Assembly: GCA_002011035.2 (NCBI GenBank)
Contig: MTLY02000003.1
Location: forward strand, 288,001-352,000
DNA: 64,000 nucleotides
Direction: 5' to 3'
DNA from: Candidatus Hecatella orcuttiae
GTDB lineage: Archaea > Thermoproteota > Bathyarchaeia > Hecatellales > Hecatellaceae
Part shown: positions 27,380-36,717 of the stretch, piece after piece
How the letters are laid out: each line of letters starts with the position of its first letter
How positions within the stretch are numbered: the first letter of the stretch is position 1
Position numbers and translations under genes: made by a program
The notes under the pieces: model-generated
Seen by the model: only the letters and a program-made list of their open reading frames with translations
Databases searched by the model: none
What the model was told of the DNA's origin: nothing

Positions 27380-28480
27380 CTAGCTTTCTTTTAAAGGCAG
27401 CCCATCCGCCGGCTGGGCTGGGCTGATGACCAGAGACCTGAGCCTCCGGGGCACAGGACGTCCCCTCTGGGCGAGGAGTCCGAAGACCATCAGCCCTATG
27501 ATAGTGCACACGAGGAGTGTCATCTCCCCCAAGGTGAACGCAACAGCGCTAAGCCTCAGCAGTTCGATTACCCTGCCTGTGAGGACGTAGCCCAGCCTTA
27601 GGGCGGCGCCGATGATAGCCAAAAGTATGGAGTAAGCAAGGATCAATCGGATGGAAGGGCCCCGCACATACCGTGTCGCCTGAGCTCCGATCTGCGCCCC
27701 CACCGCCGCGCCCACCAGCATGATGACGGCGGCGGTGAGGTCGACGTTGCCGCTCATGGCATGCCTCAGGCTGCCGAAACCTCCGGACAGGCTCATGATG
27801 AAAAGGTCTGTGCCCACAGCCATGAAGGTGGAGCAGCCGAGGCCGTAGGCGAGAGCCGGGGTCCTCAGAAATCCTCCGCCCACACCGAAGAACCCGGAAA
27901 GGGTTCCGGTGGCAAAGCCCAGGAAGAGGACCACCCAGAAGGAGGCGGAAACCTTCGCAGCCTTAAAAGACACCATAGGCCGCCATTCCAGGGAACGGAT
28001 TCGCTTGGAAAGGCCGGAGGCGTAAACTTCCGAGGGGAGGGGTTTTCCTTCGTCGTACCATTTGTCCAGAAGTTTGATGGATTTACGGCTTTCCCACGCC
28101 ATGAACGACCCGATGCCCACCAGCATGGCCAAGGAGGCGCCCAGCACAGCCACATCTGACAGGCCAGTTCCCTTCAGGTGGTTCAAAATCCGAACACCCA
28201 ACTCGATGCCTAGGAGGGTGCCCGCCACCGTCAGGAGGCCCAGTTTCACGTCCACGTTGCCCAAGTGCCAATGTCTGATGCTGGAGATGACGGATTTTCC
28301 GAAGATGTGGGTGATGTCCGTGCCCACGGCCAGATGCCCGGGGAAGCCGAAGACGATGAGGGCGGGAGTCACCATGTAGCCGCCTCCTATGCCTATGAAG
28401 CCTCCGACCACGCCCACCGTGAAGCCTATGAAAACCAGTAGAATAGGGGAAACTTCAACCCCGGAGGCAGCTGGCAGCAC
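27380..28480 (-). CDS. TauE/SafE family sulfite exporter
   Basis: Duplicated GFIGIGGG..AVGTD and GFFGVGGG..AVGTD motifs. Confidence 0.88.
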   Translation of the reverse strand: MLPAASGVEVSPILLVFIGFTVGVVGGFIGIGGGYMVTPALIVFGFPGHLAVGTDITHIFGKSVISSIRHWHLGNVDVKLGLLTVAGTLLGIELGVRILNHLKGTGLSDVAVLGASLAMLVGIGSFMAWESRKSIKLLDKWYDEGKPLPSEVYASGLSKRIRSLEWRPMVSFKAAKVSASFWVVLFLGFATGTLSGFFGVGGGFLRTPALAYGLGCSTFMAVGTDLFIMSLSGGFGSLRHAMSGNVDLTAAVIMLVGAAVGAQIGAQATRYVRGPSIRLILAYSILLAIIGAALRLGYVLTGRVIELLRLSAVAFTLGEMTLLVCTIIGLMVFGLLAQRGRPVPRRLRSLVISPAQPADGLPLKES

Positions 28481-28493
28481 CCTACATCAGCCC

Positions 28494-28718
28494 TTAGGAA
28501 AGCGCAGACTTATCCTTCCCCTTCTCGAAACGGAAGGCTTCGGTGAACTTCTGTCCTGCCATGCCTAAGGAAAAGCCAAGTATAAGCATTATGGTTATTA
28601 CGAAGACGGCGGAAAGAGGAGCGCCGCCCTGAAAAACACCGGCGGAATCGTGGAAGAAAGAGGTGTTGATAACAGCGTGTAAAACTAGAAGGGAAACAGC
28701 TCCCCAAAGAACCAGCAT
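28494..28718 (-). CDS. Small 2-TM membrane protein in the TauE-cysH operon
   Basis: Two hydrophobic segments; co-oriented and adjacent to TauE; start uncertain. Confidence 0.5.
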   Translation of the reverse strand: MLVLWGAVSLLVLHAVINTSFFHDSAGVFQGGAPLSAVFVITIMLILGFSLGMAGQKFTEAFRFEKGKDKSALS

Positions 28719-28854
28719 AAGGAATGCTTTCCCGTTAACAGTAAACCTTCTTTCAGAGGTCCCGGCAAACTAAATCCCTTCTCATGGTCCCTGCCCTCGA
28801 AGGATGGTGTAAATTATAACATTGTTATATTTAAATTTTAAACCAAAAAACCGC

Positions 28855-30126
28855 CTAAGCCTTATATCTAAGTAGGGCGGCGACGCCTCCGAAGGATTTC
28901 AGCAACATCTCTCCCTCCTCGTGGGAAGTCGAAATCATCTCAACCTCCCCATTGGACTTTTCCGCCAGCTCAGTTAAGGCGTCGATGAGGTCTGTTTTCT
29001 CCCCCAGTTGAAGGGCGGCGACGCCGCATCGGGGGCAGGGTTTCTTGGAGGTTTCAGCCTCTAGGCTGAGCAGCTCCCCCTCTTTGACAGTTCGCTGCTC
29101 GGAGAAGCCGCAGGCGGAGCACTTCACGGTGACGGCGAGGAGGTCTAATTCTTCCGAAAGCAGCAGAACCCTGACCGAGCCGGCTTCCAGATGTTTCCGA
29201 ACCTCCTCCACACCGTAGACGGCTAAGCCTGAGTCTCGGCCCAGCTCTCCGAGGAACTGCTGGACGAGCTCCCTCTCCTGCACATATCGGACGTTCTTCA
29301 GGATTTCAGGGGCCTTGGCCATGACTTCCTTGACCCCCTGCTCATCCACGTAGGCCGTGTCCACCACAGCCAAGACCTTGTCCTGAAGCGTGTAGTGGAG
29401 GTATCTGCCTTCGACGAAATCCTGCTTGGTGGGACCGGGGCCTCCTATGATGATACCCTTCAAGTCAGGGATGTCCGAGAAAATCTGAGCAGCATAGCTG
29501 GCCGCCCTCTTGAAGTACTCGTTGATCTCCACTTCCCTAAGCCTTTCAAACCTTCGAGCCGACTGGCCGCCGGCCCGGTGTTTGCCGGCAATGCCTGAAC
29601 TGATGGACTTGACAATTTCCAGCCGCTTACCCCTGAGGATGGCGTAGGTGGCGCCGCTTCCGTCGATGACCATTATCCCGTAGGTAGCCTTCTCTTTGAG
29701 GATGTCGAAGAGAGGTTCTAGGTGGAAACGGGAGTCGCAGCGGTAAAGGTAAACGCCGATGGGTTCCGGGGGAACCAAGACGTAGAGCTCCATTTTCTCT
29801 GAGCCCGGGGGCCCCTGGGCTACGGCTCCGCAGAAAAGCGCCAGCCCGGTGGGTGGCACTTGGTCTATGAGCTTCAGCCTCTGAATGGCTTTCTCAATGG
29901 CGGACTGGACATTGTGGCGGGTGGTCCGAGATTTAATATTGGAGGCGGTTCCGTACTCCTCCCGCAGGTTGGCTATGACATCGCTGACCTGGCGGCCTGG
30001 GGGAATGTAGAGGGTGATAAGCTCGGTGTGGCGGCCTTCCTTGGAGGCCAAGTCCTCCAGCAGCCTCTTGGCTTTGAAAACGCCCACGGACCGGCTTTGT
30101 TTACCTGTATTCTCCATCCTAGTCAT
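28855..30126 (-). CDS. prf1: Peptide chain release factor aRF1
   Basis: TASNIKS, YRCDSRF, GGQSARRF. Confidence 0.97.
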   Translation of the reverse strand: MTRMENTGKQSRSVGVFKAKRLLEDLASKEGRHTELITLYIPPGRQVSDVIANLREEYGTASNIKSRTTRHNVQSAIEKAIQRLKLIDQVPPTGLALFCGAVAQGPPGSEKMELYVLVPPEPIGVYLYRCDSRFHLEPLFDILKEKATYGIMVIDGSGATYAILRGKRLEIVKSISSGIAGKHRAGGQSARRFERLREVEINEYFKRAASYAAQIFSDIPDLKGIIIGGPGPTKQDFVEGRYLHYTLQDKVLAVVDTAYVDEQGVKEVMAKAPEILKNVRYVQERELVQQFLGELGRDSGLAVYGVEEVRKHLEAGSVRVLLLSEELDLLAVTVKCSACGFSEQRTVKEGELLSLEAETSKKPCPRCGVAALQLGEKTDLIDALTELAEKSNGEVEMISTSHEEGEMLLKSFGGVAALLRYKA

Positions 30127-30337
30127 AGGAAAACCGCTTCCCAGAAAACACGCCCTTAACGCTCGGCTTTTGGAAAAGTTTCCGTCGGCTGATTTCCTGA
30201 CAGGTTATTCCCTAACTCATAGCCCGGTGAACACCAGCAGTCCATAATGCGGCTTCATGGGTTTTAAGGTTTATGGGCCGGGAAGCGGAAATTTCTTATT
30301 CTAAAGGCTTCTAGTTTACTAAGCGAAGGGACAGCCT

Positions 30338-31018
30338 TTGAAACTGGTCATCAAACTGGGCGGCTTTCTTTTCCCCCAGAAACCCAGCTCTCGCAGGCTG
30401 AGGGAATACGCTGGAGTTTTAAAGAGGCTGGCTGACGAAGGACATCGCCTCCTCGCCGTCACCGGAGGCGGAGGGCTGGCGAGGAGCTACATCAACCTAG
30501 CCCGGAAGCTGGGAGCTGATGAAGGAACCTGCGACCAGCTGGGCATCGAAGCCTCCCGGATGAACGCTCGCCTGCTGGCCTTGGCCCTCGACGACTACGC
30601 TTTTCCCGAAACCCCCACCACTCTAGGGGAGCTGAAAAAGTTTTTCCAAGGGGGGAAAATCGTGGTCATGGGCGGCTTGACACCCGGCCACTCCACCATG
30701 GCTGTGGGGGCTTTGGCGGCGGAGGCTGTGAAGGCGGACTGCTACATCATCGCCAGCGACGTGGACGGAATCTACACCGCGGACCCTAAGGTGGATGAGG
30801 AGGCTGAAAAACTGGAGGAAGCCTCCACCGCCCAGCTGCTGGAGATGGCGATGAAGAAAAGACTGTGGGCAGGATCCTACCAGCTGGACCCTTTGGCCTT
30901 GAAGGTTTTAGACCGTTCGAGGATACCCGCCTACTTCATCGACGGAAGGAAAACTGAAAACCTAGTCAAGGCGGTGATGGGGCTGAAGGTGGGCACCCGT
31001 ATCTCCGCCTCCCGGTGA
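30338..31018 (+). CDS. pyrH: Uridylate kinase
   Basis: VIKLGG, GGGGLAR, DQLGIEASRMNA, PGHST, DVDGIYTADP. Confidence 0.92.
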   Translation: MKLVIKLGGFLFPQKPSSRRLREYAGVLKRLADEGHRLLAVTGGGGLARSYINLARKLGADEGTCDQLGIEASRMNARLLALALDDYAFPETPTTLGELKKFFQGGKIVVMGGLTPGHSTMAVGALAAEAVKADCYIIASDVDGIYTADPKVDEEAEKLEEASTAQLLEMAMKKRLWAGSYQLDPLALKVLDRSRIPAYFIDGRKTENLVKAVMGLKVGTRISASR

Positions 31019-31090
31019 AAGGGCGGGCTGGAGAGGCTTCCATTTAAATATAGGTCGGTTTTCAGAATAAACCCAAGAGGGGCTGCGGGG

Positions 31091-31360
31091 TTGCTGGAGA
31101 GGATTTTCGGCAGCAAGACGCAGACGAGGTTGTTGGAGTATTTTCTGGCGAACCCCAACAAGGTCTTCAACCAAGCTGGGCTTTCCCGTTTTCTGAACTG
31201 CTCTCCTTCTTCGGTGGCAAGGCTCATCCAGCCTTTGGTGAGGGAAGGAATCCTCGCCTACGAGCAGATCTCCGGGCAGATGAAGGTCCTAGCCCTCAAC
31301 ACCGAGTCGGAGAAAGTGAAGCTCCTGCTGGAGTTCTACGAGAAATACAAAGCTCTTTGA
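31091..31360 (+). CDS. Winged-helix transcriptional regulator
   Basis: IFGSKTQTRLLEYF..SPSSVARLIQPLVREGIL. Confidence 0.75.
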   Translation: MLERIFGSKTQTRLLEYFLANPNKVFNQAGLSRFLNCSPSSVARLIQPLVREGILAYEQISGQMKVLALNTESEKVKLLLEFYEKYKAL

Positions 31361-31379
31361 CCCGAAGGCCGCCCGGGAT

Positions 31380-31622
31380 TTAGGAAGTTTTCCTGATGAG
31401 AAAGTGAAAATCCTTACCTGTCTTCCAAACTTTCAAAAGTTCATTTTCAGTCCTTCTAGCCCAGCTTCGAACATCCTCTTCCGAGGCAGGGTCGTCGGCT
31501 ATGACCTCCAAGACTTCACCCTCAGCCATCCCTCCGACTTCCGCCGCTGTTCTGAGGACGGGCTCAGGGCATGTGAGGCCGCGGGCGTCCAGCACTTTGT
31601 CAGGTCTCGGGCTTTTTTCCAA
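31380..31622 (-). CDS. tusA: TusA/SirA sulfur carrier protein
   Basis: LDARGLTCPEP, ADDPAS. Confidence 0.9.
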   Translation of the reverse strand: MEKSPRPDKVLDARGLTCPEPVLRTAAEVGGMAEGEVLEVIADDPASEEDVRSWARRTENELLKVWKTGKDFHFLIRKTS

Positions 31623-31782
31623 CCCACTCCTCCTCCGAGGCGGCTTATGGAGATGGGGAGTTGGAAGTTTTTGAATTTTTTGGTAACACTCCGGGCCCGA
31701 ATTAGATAGGGTTAAGTTTAAGGGTTCAACTAATTAACTGAAAGCCTAAAGGTTCGTTTGGGGGTTATAAATTCTGCTCCTC

Positions 31783-32283
31783 GTGGTCGGTGAGCCTGTA
31801 AAGCGGTGGAAGTGCGCCTACAAGGCCTGCGAGGCCCTCTGCTGCAGGATGGAAAGGGAATTAACCCTGAAGGATATAAGGGAAATCTCCAAAGCCGCCG
31901 GGAAAAAGGTGGAAGACTTCGTTCAGGTTAAACCCAACAGGAGAGGCGCTGTACCTTTCACTCTAAAAAGAAAAAGGGGCCGATGCGTCTTCCTCCAAGA
32001 AAACTTCCAATGTCAGCTTCACCCCCTAGGGGCTAAACCCTCCCTATGCCGGATATACCCCTTCCTCCTAAGCCGGGTCATCTACGGCGACGAGCCCATC
32101 CTAGAAGTAAGGCCCGCTCAAGATTGCCCGGGAATTGGTAGGGGGCCGAGGTTTGGGGAGGAAGCCGTAAAGACTGTGGCGGAAAGCGCGAAAAACTACC
32201 TAGAGGGGCTGAGGGAAGTCGTCAAACTTTCCCGACGGGGACTGAAACCTGAGGAAATCCTAGAGAAACTGGAAGCCGCCTGA
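31783..32283 (+). CDS. YkgJ-family Cys-cluster protein
   Basis: CAYKACEALCC, CVFL, KPSLCRIYPF, CPGIG. Confidence 0.85.
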   Translation: MVGEPVKRWKCAYKACEALCCRMERELTLKDIREISKAAGKKVEDFVQVKPNRRGAVPFTLKRKRGRCVFLQENFQCQLHPLGAKPSLCRIYPFLLSRVIYGDEPILEVRPAQDCPGIGRGPRFGEEAVKTVAESAKNYLEGLREVVKLSRRGLKPEEILEKLEAA

Positions 32284-32404
32284 AAAAAGTATGAAAAAGA
32301 CATAAATTTCATACCGGTTCTTCCGCCATGCTGGGAGACGGAGTCCGCAGCCTATCCGGGCTTCCCGCGCAGTTTGCTTCAAAAACGTTTTTGGGAAGAG
32401 GAGG

Positions 32405-32956
32405 ATGGATAAAAAAAGGGAGCTTCAAAAACTGAGCGAAGAAATAGCCTCCTGCAGAAAGTGCGACCTCTACCAAACGAGACGGAAAGCCGTGCCCGGG
32501 GAGGGAAAGGAGGATGCTGAAATATTCTTTGTGGGCGAGAGCCCAGGGGAGGAGGAAGACAGGCTAGGCCGGCCTTTCGTGGGTAGAGCGGGGAGGTTCT
32601 TAGATGAGCTTTTAAAGGCCTCAGGTTTGAGAAGGGAGGACGTGTTCATCACCTCGGTGTTGAAGAGTCATCCCTCAGGAAACAGGCCGCCTAAGAGAAG
32701 CGAAGTGGAAGCCTGCCTGCCTTATCTGAAGAGGCAGCTGGAAATTGTAAACCCAAAACTCGTAGTCCTCCTCGGCAACGTGGCCCTTCGGTCTTTGCTG
32801 GGGGCTGAGAAGGTTTCTCAAACCCACGGCTTCGTCGAGAAGAATGGCAGGATGTTTTTCGCCACCTACCACCCCTCCGCTGGGATGAGGTTCCCTAAGA
32901 TCAGGCGGAGAATGCTGGAGGACTTCAAGAAGCTGAAGACCTTCATCCGAGGTTAG
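32405..32956 (+). CDS. udg: Family 4 uracil-DNA glycosylase
   Basis: CRKCDL, VGESPG, PFVGRAG, YHPSA. Confidence 0.92.
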   Translation: MDKKRELQKLSEEIASCRKCDLYQTRRKAVPGEGKEDAEIFFVGESPGEEEDRLGRPFVGRAGRFLDELLKASGLRREDVFITSVLKSHPSGNRPPKRSEVEACLPYLKRQLEIVNPKLVVLLGNVALRSLLGAEKVSQTHGFVEKNGRMFFATYHPSAGMRFPKIRRRMLEDFKKLKTFIRG

Positions 32957-33135
32957 GGAGAGGAAAGGAAGGGAATGAGCTTCAGCATCCAAACATAGAT
33001 CAAGATGATGAGCAGCACCGGGATCATCAGCATTAAATAGAAAACTAGGAGAGGAGACGGCCTCTCCTTAACCTCCAACGGTGGCTTCTTCTTTTTCCAA
33101 AACTTCTTTTTTCTCTTGAAGAGACGCCTTTTCAT
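32953..33135 (-). CDS. Small membrane protein with a basic N-terminus
   Basis: Lys/Arg-rich start followed by one TM helix. Confidence 0.5.
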   Translation of the reverse strand: MKRRLFKRKKKFWKKKKPPLEVKERPSPLLVFYLMLMIPVLLIILIYVWMLKLIPFLSSP

Positions 33136-33224
33136 GGGAGGAAGCCGTCCTGAAAAACCCTCTTGACGGAAAGATGATAAGCGTCTTTTTACCAATGTTT
33201 AAATATCCTAGGGACAAATAAGGT

Positions 33225-33293
33225 TCTTGATGATGAGGTCGTCCCAGACTGATCGTCCCGAAGCGAAATGATGACCACGCGACGAACTGAATC
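33225..33293 (+). ncRNA. Box C/D guide sRNA
   Basis: C ATGATGA 33230-36, 12-nt guide, D' CTGA 33249-52, C' ATGATGA 33268-74, 12-nt guide, D CTGA 33287-90; TATA tttaaata upstream. Confidence 0.88.
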
Positions 33294-33365
33294 TTCACTA
33301 CCCTCCCGCTGAAACCTTTCTGAACCGCCCAAGAGCCGCCAGCCAGCTTCGGTCGTGAAATCCTT

Positions 33366-33614
33366 ATGAAAACGGAGAGCAATCCTCAGACTGTTTCGGA
33401 AGGTTTTCCGGGAAGAAAAACGTTGGAAACAGGGCTTAAGCCCCTCTGCAAATGTGCAAGCTGCGGCCAAATGCTCGGAAAGGCTACGAGGGACAACCCT
33501 TGCCCACGCTGCGGAAGCTCCTTTTTCACCGTAAAATATGAAAAGTCTCCCGGGATGGAAAAATCATGGGCAAACCCCTCCGATTTGGCGTGCACACCGC
33601 CCTCGAAGGTTTAG
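33366..33614 (+). CDS. Small zinc-ribbon protein
   Basis: CASCG..CPRCGS; overlaps the next gene, start uncertain. Confidence 0.45.
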   Translation: MKTESNPQTVSEGFPGRKTLETGLKPLCKCASCGQMLGKATRDNPCPRCGSSFFTVKYEKSPGMEKSWANPSDLACTPPSKV

Positions 33615-34534
33615 GTTTCGAAGACGTTCAAGCCCTCTGCTTGGAGGCGGAACGTCTGGGCTACGATTTCTTCACGGTAACGGACCATTTTTATCCCATG
33701 GGAGAAGCCTTCTACCCGAATTCCGGCTATCCCCTCGAATGCTGGAGCGCGTTGGCGGCTCTCGCGGCGGTGACGGCTAAGATAAGGATAGGCCCCCTTG
33801 TAACCTGCACCCTCTACAGAAACCCATTGGTATTGACTAAAGCAGCCACCACGGTGGACATCATCTCCCACGGGCGGCTGACCCTAGGCTTGGGGGCAGG
33901 CTGGTATGAGAAGGAGTTTAAAGCCTTCTTCGGGGTCTTTCCCCCTGCAGCCGAAAGGTTCCAACGCTTCGAGGAGGAAGTTCAGATAATAAAAAGCATG
34001 CTGGAGAACAGGGAAACCACGCATAGGGGGCGATACTACCGTCTTTTAAGGGTGGAAAATCTTCCCCCACCCGTTCAGAAGCCGCGGCCGCCCATCCTCA
34101 TCGGAGGCACAGGCGAAAAAAGACTGCTTAAAATAGCCGCTAAACATGCCGATGAAGTTCAATTATATTTTAACCTCCCAGAGGCGGAGGTTAAAAGAAA
34201 AGTAGAAGTATTAAAAGAACACTGCAAAAACGTAGGCAGAAATTTCGGGAACATAGCCCTCCACATGGGTCTCTACGTTTTCCACCCTAAGATGCAGCGG
34301 TATTTTGAAGATATGCTGAGGCATCTGGCTCAGGTTGAAAACAGGCCGCTTGAAAAAATCAGAGAAAACTACCTCCCCCCCGACGCTGACCCGGAAGAGT
34401 ATGTGGGCTTGATTCGAAAATATTCAAGCTTGGGAATCAACTGCTTCAACCTCGTGCCCATAGGGCCGCTTCCCGAACGGGGTTCTATGCTTAGGCGTTT
34501 TGCCGAAGAGGTGAAAGCCGTCTTCAAAGCCTAA
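33566..34534 (+). CDS. LLM-class (probably F420-dependent) oxidoreductase
   Basis: AERLGYD..DHF, LECWSALAALA, GRLTLGLGAGW, PPILIGG. Confidence 0.88.
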   Translation: MGKPLRFGVHTALEGLGFEDVQALCLEAERLGYDFFTVTDHFYPMGEAFYPNSGYPLECWSALAALAAVTAKIRIGPLVTCTLYRNPLVLTKAATTVDIISHGRLTLGLGAGWYEKEFKAFFGVFPPAAERFQRFEEEVQIIKSMLENRETTHRGRYYRLLRVENLPPPVQKPRPPILIGGTGEKRLLKIAAKHADEVQLYFNLPEAEVKRKVEVLKEHCKNVGRNFGNIALHMGLYVFHPKMQRYFEDMLRHLAQVENRPLEKIRENYLPPDADPEEYVGLIRKYSSLGINCFNLVPIGPLPERGSMLRRFAEEVKAVFKA

Positions 34535-34613
34535 GGAGTAGCTTGGATAACTTTATATGAGGAGGATTCCATATCCTTCCAACAATCTTTCACGAATAAC
34601 GTTGGTGATGGGA

Positions 34614-34838
34614 ATGTCTATGAAAGAAAAAGTGGAAAAAGCTGTTGAAAAGATAAGGCCTTTACTTCAAGCCGACGGTGGAGACATCGAGCTGATGGGC
34701 GTGGAGGGCAACGTGGTCAGGGTAAGGCTGACCGGAGCCTGTGCCGGATGCCCTATGTCTCAGATGACCCTCCAAATGGGCGTGGAGAAATCCCTCAAGG
34801 AGCAAGTTCCAGAAATAGAAAGAGTAGAAGCCGTGTAA
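34614..34838 (+). CDS. NifU C-terminal / NfuA-type Fe-S carrier
   Basis: IRPLLQADGGD, GACAGCPMS. Confidence 0.9.
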   Translation: MSMKEKVEKAVEKIRPLLQADGGDIELMGVEGNVVRVRLTGACAGCPMSQMTLQMGVEKSLKEQVPEIERVEAV

Positions 34839-34888
34839 AGGGGTTTCTGTCTACCTTTTAGGCTTTCAACTCTCTCAATCAGCTTGGC

Positions 34889-35893
34889 TTAGACCTTTTT
34901 TCTGCCGTATTCTTCCGCAGCTTCAACCATGGCCTTCATGTTGGCGATGGGTGTGTAGGGGGAGAGGCCGCATCCCGGAGCCAAGATGTCGATGCCTTCT
35001 TCGATGATCCTCCTACTCTCCCTCTTGACGTCTTCAGGTTTCCCTTCGATCATCGTCTTGACAGGGTCCACGTTCCCTATGATGGTTGTTTTGCCCTCCA
35101 CCAGCGCCTTCGCCTCCTTGACGCTGACCTTCTGGTCGATGCTGAGGCCCTTCACGCCGCTTTCAGCCATCTGCCGGAGGATTGGCGTGGCGTTTCCGCA
35201 GACATGCAGGGCGGTGGGGCATTTGATGCTCTCCGCAGCCTTCTTCAGATAGGGCAAAGCATACTTGCCGAAGAACACCGGGCCGATGGTTGAAACTATG
35301 GGCTCTAGGAACGTCACCACATCCGCCCCCGCTTCAGCTAGGGCGTTGCCGAACTCAGCGGCCACCTGCCAAGTGATTTCAAGGATTCTCTCCACTTCTT
35401 CCGGCTTGGTTATGATAAGCCTCATTTGGAGGTCGAAACCCTGAACGGTCCCCGCCAGGTTGTAGGGGCCCACGATTCCGGCGATGACGGGAACATCGTC
35501 ACCTACTTTTTTTCTGAGAAGCTTCACCGCTTCCACGATGACGGCCATCTTGCCCTCGGTGGGCGAGGGCACCCGGAGGCTGCTGGGATCGCTCACAGGC
35601 TTGGTGACCGTGGGCGTGAAGTCCTTTTTTCCTTCATGGTAGTCGACGGTGCAGCCTAGGGTTTCTGCCTCCGCGTACATGCCGAAGGGAACCCGCACCG
35701 CTTCGAAGCCGGCTATTTCATGGGCGGCCAAAGCTAGGGTGGCCATGGTTTCAGCTTTCACATGGGCTTCAGGCCAGAAGGCACCGCAAGCTTCCATAAG
35801 CTCTAAGGTTCCCGTCTGGGTTACACTCAGCGCAGGAACTCTGTCAACCTCCCGGCCCAGCAAAGCGTTCATAAATCTTTCTTTAGGAGTCAT
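34889..35893 (-). CDS. MtaA/CmuA-family corrinoid methyltransferase (UroD fold)
   Basis: MTPKERF, WPEAH, Zn ligands LHVCG and APGCG, GNVDP. Confidence 0.85.
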   Translation of the reverse strand: MTPKERFMNALLGREVDRVPALSVTQTGTLELMEACGAFWPEAHVKAETMATLALAAHEIAGFEAVRVPFGMYAEAETLGCTVDYHEGKKDFTPTVTKPVSDPSSLRVPSPTEGKMAVIVEAVKLLRKKVGDDVPVIAGIVGPYNLAGTVQGFDLQMRLIITKPEEVERILEITWQVAAEFGNALAEAGADVVTFLEPIVSTIGPVFFGKYALPYLKKAAESIKCPTALHVCGNATPILRQMAESGVKGLSIDQKVSVKEAKALVEGKTTIIGNVDPVKTMIEGKPEDVKRESRRIIEEGIDILAPGCGLSPYTPIANMKAMVEAAEEYGRKKV

Positions 35894-35977
35894 ACCTTCA
35901 CCCGACTGGGCTTCCTCAGTCTGGTTACAATATTTTGTCAACAGTATTTAAAATTAGGCTAGATCGGCTTCGCGCCT

Positions 35978-36568
35978 TCATCGCTGATGTCCATGATGGG
36001 ATGCTTCTCCCGGTTCTAGGTGGAATTCTCTTTCCAGCCGCTCCAGAAGCTTTATGTACTGTTGATGTTTTCCTTCCCCCACCATCGTCTTCTCCACTTC
36101 CTCAAACTTCTCCAGCAACTCCACATGTTCTTTCTTCCCCAGAACCTGTTCGGCCAAAGGGTAGAGAACGTCGTCTTCCTTGGAGATATGCTGGGTGAGC
36201 AGGTCCACGTAGCCTCTGGCATTGGCCACGATGGCATGTTTAGCTTCCTCATCGCCGCCTCGATATCTTTCCACAGCCTGCGCCATCGCCTTCACGAATT
36301 CTCTCCCCCGCTCATGCTCCATCCTCATCGTCCCTGTAGGTCCGCCTTCCCTAGGAAGGCCGCGTCTCTCGAGGACGGGGAATAAGGTTTGCTCCTCTTT
36401 ACCGTGGTGGCAGCGGTCTGCAAAGGTTCTGATGAAGTCGATGACCTCCTCAAAGACAGCTGGGGAGACCTCCTCGCCTCCCTCAAGTTTCTGGGCGGCT
36501 GCGGTTAGGACTTTAAGCATCCGCTTGATCATCCTGTGCTCTTCTTTCAGAATATCAGTCGCAAACAT
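35978..36568 (-). CDS. Hemerythrin/HHE domain protein
   Basis: EEH, HHGKEE, EHERGR, HISKED. Confidence 0.9.
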   Translation of the reverse strand: MFATDILKEEHRMIKRMLKVLTAAAQKLEGGEEVSPAVFEEVIDFIRTFADRCHHGKEEQTLFPVLERRGLPREGGPTGTMRMEHERGREFVKAMAQAVERYRGGDEEAKHAIVANARGYVDLLTQHISKEDDVLYPLAEQVLGKKEHVELLEKFEEVEKTMVGEGKHQQYIKLLERLEREFHLEPGEASHHGHQR

Positions 36569-36717
36569 GACTTACACTCTTGCCTTTGGTGTAGGGTTAA
36601 ACCAACAAAAGTTTTTCGGGAAATAAAAATGTAATATCCCACTAACAGGCATCTATAGCCTGTAACAGCCTAAGCTAAGCAGGTGGACAGCGGCAGCGTA
36701 CCCTCCAGGGGAACCCC

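Noticed and set aside
26657-27394. Long antisense ORFs (this one and e.g. 10327-10881, 47049-47612)
   Set aside because: Shadow frames of well-supported genes on the opposite strand
32289-32314. Inverted repeat gtatgaaa..tttcatac upstream of udg
   Set aside because: Single short instance; cannot distinguish an operator from chance
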